Shown piece after piece: positions 6,736 through 10,920 of a stretch of 10,920 nucleotides of DNA; the stretch's first letter is position 1; each line of letters begins with the position of its first letter. Under the pieces are notes generated by a model that ran no database searches, was not told where the DNA came from, and saw nothing but the letters and a program-made list of their open reading frames with translations. The stretch is taken from the IMG/VR virus record IMGVR_UViG_2526164651_000001, one strand, 5' to 3'. Made by a program: the position numbers and the translations under genes. The DNA is from a virus (lineage: Duplodnaviria > Heunggongvirae > Uroviricota > Caudoviricetes).

Positions 6736-7400
6736 TATTTATCTCCCTTAAGCATGGCAGCGCGGCAGGCGTTCCAGCCATCAACATAATCAAACGTATT
6801 ACTATCGTTTGGCCCGATTTCATCCGGCACTATCGGCTCTGGTTGGATAGTGACGTTGGCAAAGGCAGCACGCAAACCGGTTTTAATTTCTTCGATTTCA
6901 TCAGAGCCAAGCGATGAATCTGACAGTGCGTGATGGAATGCGTAAGCCATGTCGTCGTTTACTGCAACCGGTACTGCCGGCGCTGCGTAAAGCGGTGTTA
7001 TATCTGCCCGAAAATCACATGCTTTATGCAGTCGTACCCAACGCTCAACTTCCGCTTTGTCAAAATATATAGCAGTGAACGTATTAGATTCCTGGTCAAC
7101 TTGAGTAAACGTCACCTTCCACGCTACAGCTACGGCTTTCCATCCATCAGGTTGTCGCATTCGCGGGGCAGCATAAAGCTCATGCATTCCATCAGGCAGC
7201 GAGTGACCCACATACTCACCGAACCCGTCAATACACATGCCCCCATCTTCAACAATGCATTCCGCTACAGGCTCTGCTTCCAGTGATGCCAGAGCGATAA
7301 GCGCCAGTTCACGAATTTCACCGCCGTCTATATCGTCAATATCATCGCGGCCAGAAATGTTAGCCAGCCATTGCAGTCGCTCTTTGGTAATAGTGGTCAT
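6735..7400 (-). CDS. Acidic 221-aa hypothetical prophage protein
   Basis: MTTITKERLQWLANISGRDDIDDIDGGEIRE...; rich in Asp/Glu, with an internal repeat (HELYAAP ... PLYAAPAVP). ATG overlaps the HNH stop (ATGA) and has a GAAGGGG Shine-Dalgarno. Family not recognised. Confidence 0.7.
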   Translation of the reverse strand: MTTITKERLQWLANISGRDDIDDIDGGEIRELALIALASLEAEPVAECIVEDGGMCIDGFGEYVGHSLPDGMHELYAAPRMRQPDGWKAVAVAWKVTFTQVDQESNTFTAIYFDKAEVERWVRLHKACDFRADITPLYAAPAVPVAVNDDMAYAFHHALSDSSLGSDEIEEIKTGLRAAFANVTIQPEPIVPDEIGPNDSNTFDYVDGWNACRAAMLKGDK

Positions 7401-7762
7401 GCCGTAGCCCCTTCTTGATATTTTTCAAACCAGAACACAACCGGGTCAGATTTCATTTCAACCAATCCCATACGAACCAGCGCTTTGCCTTTCCCGGACG
7501 CAAGGAATTCACGACGACCATCACTGATAATTCGTCGATAATCTTCCAGGCTACTGCAATGCTTGTGCAGATTGCATGGGTGGCATTCTGGTACCATGTT
7601 GGATATATCGTCACGTTCCTGGTGAAGCATATTTCCATCAAAACGAATGACCGGTTTTACATGGTCTGCATGCCACTTTTCGCCAAGTTCGCAGCCGCAA
7701 TAAGCGCAGCGACCACCGAACTTAATGCGCAGTTCTGCACGTTGTTTTTTCGTCAGTGCCAT
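7397..7762 (-). CDS. Small HNH endonuclease (~121 aa)
   Basis: Preferred start is ATG at 7762 (AAGGA Shine-Dalgarno, 8-nt spacer): MALTKKQRAELRIKFGGRCAYCGCELGEKWHADHVKPV...ECHPCNLHKH... This carries the CxxC...H-x-D-H...N...CxxC..H HNH/zinc-finger signature. The track ORF (151 aa) over-extends upstream into the neighbouring gene. Confidence 0.8.
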   Translation of the reverse strand: MALTKKQRAELRIKFGGRCAYCGCELGEKWHADHVKPVIRFDGNMLHQERDDISNMVPECHPCNLHKHCSSLEDYRRIISDGRREFLASGKGKALVRMGLVEMKSDPVVFWFEKYQEGATA

Positions 7763-7763
7763 A

Positions 7764-7963
7764 TCAGCTTTCCTTATACGGATTAATTTTATTGTGCAGT
7801 GTGTTGAATGACGCCCATACCACGTCGTTATACAATTCAATAACTGGCTCAATTATTTTTCCGATTATCCAGACAAAAATTAGCGGGGATATCGGTGTCA
7901 TCAACACGATAAACAGAATGAGAAACAGGAATTCTGTTGTTCTACTCTTTCGCGGATATTTTT
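7764..7963 (-). pseudogene. Small single-pass membrane protein gene (reconstructed 71 aa), distal part; split by IS1
   Basis: Flanking frame encodes ...KYPRKSRTTEFLFLILFIVLMTPISPLIFVWIIGKIIEPVIELYNDVVWASFNTLHNKINPYKES. Joined across IS1 and its 9-bp duplication to 10008..10026 it reads MVTLFRKKYPRK... AT-rich; stop is 1 nt before the HNH start. The track ORF 7764..8138 is this frame running into the IS1 end. Confidence 0.5.
7955..7963. repeat. 9-bp target-site duplication (left copy) of IS1 copy 2
   Basis: GATATTTTT, repeated exactly at 9999..10007. Confidence 0.85.
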
Positions 7964-8018
7964 GGTAATGCTGCCAACTTACTGATTTAGTGTATGATGG
8001 TGATTTTAAGGTGCTTGC

Positions 8019-8294
8019 GTGGCTTCCATTTCCATCAGATGTCCTTCCTGCTCCGCTACTGAAGGCGTGGTGCGTAACGGCAAAAGCACTGCCGGACATC
8101 AGCGCTATCTCTGCTCTCATTGCCGTAAAACATGGCAACTACAGTTCACTTACACCGCCTCTCAGCCCGGTACGCACCAGAAAATCATTGATATGGCCAT
8201 GAATGGCGTCGGATGTCGCGCCAGTGCACGCATTATGGGCGTTGGCCTCAACACGGTTTTACGTCACTTAAAAAACTCAGGCCGCAGTCGGTAA
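8019..8294 (+). CDS. insA: IS1 InsA (copy 2)
   Basis: 91-aa ORF identical in protein sequence to copy 1. Confidence 0.9.
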   Translation: MASISIRCPSCSATEGVVRNGKSTAGHQRYLCSHCRKTWQLQFTYTASQPGTHQKIIDMAMNGVGCRASARIMGVGLNTVLRHLKNSGRSR

Positions 8295-8570
8295 CCTCGC
8301 GCATACAACCGGGCAGTGATGTGATTGTCTGCGCTGAAATGGACGAACATTGGGGCTACGTCGGTGCTAAATCACGTCAGCGCTGGCTGTTTTACGCGTA
8401 TGACAGGATACGGAGGACGGTTGTGGCGCACGTCTTCGGTGAACGCACTCTGGCCACACTGGAGCGTCTTCTGAGCCTGCTGTCGGCCTTTGAGGTCGTG
8501 GTATGGATGACGGATGGCTGGCCGCTGTATGAATCACGCCTGAAGGGAAAGCTGCACGTTATCAGCAAGC
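8213..8570 (+). pseudogene. insB: IS1 insB, 5' part, disrupted by IS600 (3' part at 9835..9983)
   Basis: Track ORF 8213..8617 matches InsB up to ...HVISK and then reads into the IS600 end. The remainder of insB ([15 protein letters not shown]...HYQ) resumes at 9835. Confidence 0.85.
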
Positions 8571-8613
8571 TGAGGTGTACTGGCAATAGCGGACACTACC
8601 ATTTGTTCTTTTT

Positions 8614-9432
8614 TTAAGCAGCCATCTGATGATATTTTTCCCTGAAGGCTGCCGGGGAGATATTCCCCAGACGAGAGTGACGACGCTGACGATTGTAGAA
8701 AATCTCAATGTATTCCCGTATTACTGAGATGGCTTCATCCCGGTTATTAAAACGATAGTGGCTCAGGCTCTCATTTTTCAGCGTTCCCCAGAAGCTTTCC
8801 ATCGGAGCATTGTCGTAACAGTTACCTTTACGCGACATTGATGTTTTCAGACCAAACTGCTCCTGTATGACCCGGTAATCGTATGCGCAGTACTGTGAAC
8901 CTCGATCAGAGTGGTGGATTAGCCCGGCAGGTGGGCGCTGGCTCCTGAGCGCCATAAACAGGGCTTTACCTGTCAGCTCTTTTGTCATGCGCTCTCCCAT
9001 GGCGTAGCCGACAATTTCGCACGTATAAACATCTTTGATGCCAGCGAGGTACAACCATCCCTCCTGTGTGGCAACATACGTCAGGTCCGCCACCCAGACC
9101 TGATTTGGTGCTGTAGGAGCGAACGTCTGGTTCAGCAGATTTGGCGCAACTGGCAGATTGTGGTTCGGGTTCGTAGTCGCTCTGAACTTGCGTTTCTGCT
9201 TACAGCGTAGCCTTAGCTCCTTACGAAGACGTGCCAGTCGGTCACGACCAACGATGATGCCATTCTCTGCCAGCTCCGTCTGGAGCCGCCGGGTTCCATA
9301 TGTTTCGCGAGTGCGGATATGTGCCACCTTAATCTCCAGTTTTAGCCGCTCATCACTTTGTTTTCTGTCTGAGGGTTCATGCTGTACCCAGTTGTAATAA
9401 CCGCTCCTGGATACACCAAATACCTGACACAT
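8614..9432 (-). CDS. IS600 transposase OrfB (copy 2)
   Basis: 272 aa; differs from copy 1 at two residues (C/R and L/P). Confidence 0.85.
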   Translation of the reverse strand: MCQVFGVSRSGYYNWVQHEPSDRKQSDERLKLEIKVAHIRTRETYGTRRLQTELAENGIIVGRDRLARLRKELRLRCKQKRKFRATTNPNHNLPVAPNLLNQTFAPTAPNQVWVADLTYVATQEGWLYLAGIKDVYTCEIVGYAMGERMTKELTGKALFMALRSQRPPAGLIHHSDRGSQYCAYDYRVIQEQFGLKTSMSRKGNCYDNAPMESFWGTLKNESLSHYRFNNRDEAISVIREYIEIFYNRQRRHSRLGNISPAAFREKYHQMAA

Positions 9433-9467
9433 CGCTTCAATGGGAAATTGTTGTCGCCATTGTTCGA

Positions 9468-9770
9468 TTAACGCGTATTTTTCAGCGACTCCTGTGCAAA
9501 ATACGCTGTTGCTTTTTTTAATATATCTCGCTCAAGGCGAGCTTCATTTAACGCCTTACGCAGTTGCAGAATTTCAGATTCCAGTTCAGCCACCGTGCGG
9601 GAACCAGGAGTACCGAGCCCTTTTCTGGCGGCGGTAACCCATTGTCCTAAAGTGCCTTCAGGAAGAGATAATCGGGAAGCGCCTTCACTGATCGAAAGTT
9701 GATTTTCAAGAACCGTTCTGACAGCTTCGGCTTTGAACTCTTTAGAGTAACGTTGGGTTTTTCTGCTCAT
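9468..9770 (-). CDS. IS600 OrfA (copy 2)
   Basis: 100 aa, identical to copy 1; A7 frameshift run at plus 9513..9519. Confidence 0.85.
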   Translation of the reverse strand: MSRKTQRYSKEFKAEAVRTVLENQLSISEGASRLSLPEGTLGQWVTAARKGLGTPGSRTVAELESEILQLRKALNEARLERDILKKATAYFAQESLKNTR

Positions 9771-9998
9771 TATTAGCTCCTTCTGATGCCATTCTATTTC
9801 AGGAAGGAGTGTCCGTTAAACTCAGGCTACCTCAAGCGTTACACTCAGCGCATTGAGCGACATAATCTGAATCTGAGACAACATCTGGCAAGGCTGGGAC
9901 GGAAGTCACTGTCGTTCTCAAAATCGGTGGAGCTGCATGACAAGGTCATCGGGCATTATCTGAACATAAAACACTATCAGTAAGTTGGAGTCATTACC

Positions 9999-10007
9999 GA
10001 TATTTTT
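9999..10007. repeat. 9-bp target-site duplication (right copy) of IS1 copy 2
   Basis: GATATTTTT. Confidence 0.85.
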
Positions 10008-10026
10008 TTCTAAATAATGTAACCAT
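10008..10026 (-). pseudogene. Proximal 5' end (first ~7 codons) of the IS1-split membrane protein gene
   Basis: ATG at 10026..10024, preceded by an in-frame stop; MVTLFRK then continues through the duplication into 7963. Confidence 0.45.
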
Positions 10027-10118
10027 TCATTACCGCCCTTTCGGGCGGTCTCCTGATGATTTGAGGGTGCAGAAATCCCTCCGGTTAGAGATCAAATTTT
10101 TAACAGTGCTAAATTTAA

Positions 10119-10343
10119 TTATTCAGTTCTGGATTTTGTCGCCCTGCGTATCCGCGCTTTCGCATTACGCTCAATCTGTATCAGCTTTTCTATATTTCTC
10201 CGCCTTTCCTGTTCCTCCTGGCGCAATAGCCTTACATCATCTGCCAGTCTGGTTTCTCTTTTTGCCACAGAGAGCATCCAGTCAAACGGCTCCACAACCG
10301 CACCGCAGATTTTACAGCAGACCTGACGCTCTTTTTCGTAACC
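10119..10343 (-). pseudogene. 5'-truncated ORF fragment abutting the IS911-like end (Cys-containing, basic coiled C-terminus)
   Basis: Track ORF 10119..10358 starts inside the IS terminal repeat, so its true start was probably removed. Flank-encoded part: GYEKERQVCCKICGAVVEPFDWMLSVAKRETRLADDVRLLRQEEQERRRNIEKLIQIERNAKARIRRATKSRTE. Confidence 0.25.

Positions 10344-10920
<577 letters not shown>

Larger units (their letters stand above)
8571..9834 (-). mobile_element. IS600 (IS3 family), copy 2, 1264 bp, inserted inside IS1 insB
   Basis: Same termini as copy 1. 3-bp target duplication AGC at 8568..8570 and 9835..9837; the IS1 sequence is continuous across the insertion. Confidence 0.9.
7964..9998 (+). 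mobile_element. IS1, copy 2, carrying a nested IS600 (composite 2035 bp = 768 + 1264 + 3)
   Basis: IS1 ends at 7964 and 9998 with a perfect 9-bp duplication. insA intact; insB interrupted at 8570/8571 by IS600. Confidence 0.9.

Noticed and set aside
6930-7968. Plus-strand ORFs 6930..7286, 7415..7786 and 7756..7968, and minus-strand 7453..7641
   Set aside because: Overlap the HNH operon in antisense or alternative frames, with no start context.

Overview
This window reads as an E. coli/Shigella-type degraded lambdoid prophage (phage-21/Qin-like late-control and lysis region) that has been heavily invaded by insertion sequences. Almost every supported gene lies on the minus strand. Reading right to left: a partial IS3-family element (IS911-like) at the right edge; a short remnant; a tightly coupled operon of a small membrane protein (split by IS1), a small HNH endonuclease, an acidic 221-aa protein and a 51-aa protein; two overlapping mini-ORFs with a terminator; a Hok/Gef-family toxin; a second IS1 with no target duplication; a YdfU-like/YbcO-like/Q-like gene block; a candidate late promoter and terminator; an unassigned late gene split by IS600; a compact four-tRNA array (Ile2-Arg-Thr-Gly); and the 5' end of a phage-21-type holin. 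IS600 is present twice, once nested inside IS1. No CRISPR array or rRNA was seen. All family assignments are from reading the translations and from memory of these families, not from any search; coordinates of RNA and regulatory features were located by eye and may be off by a few bases.
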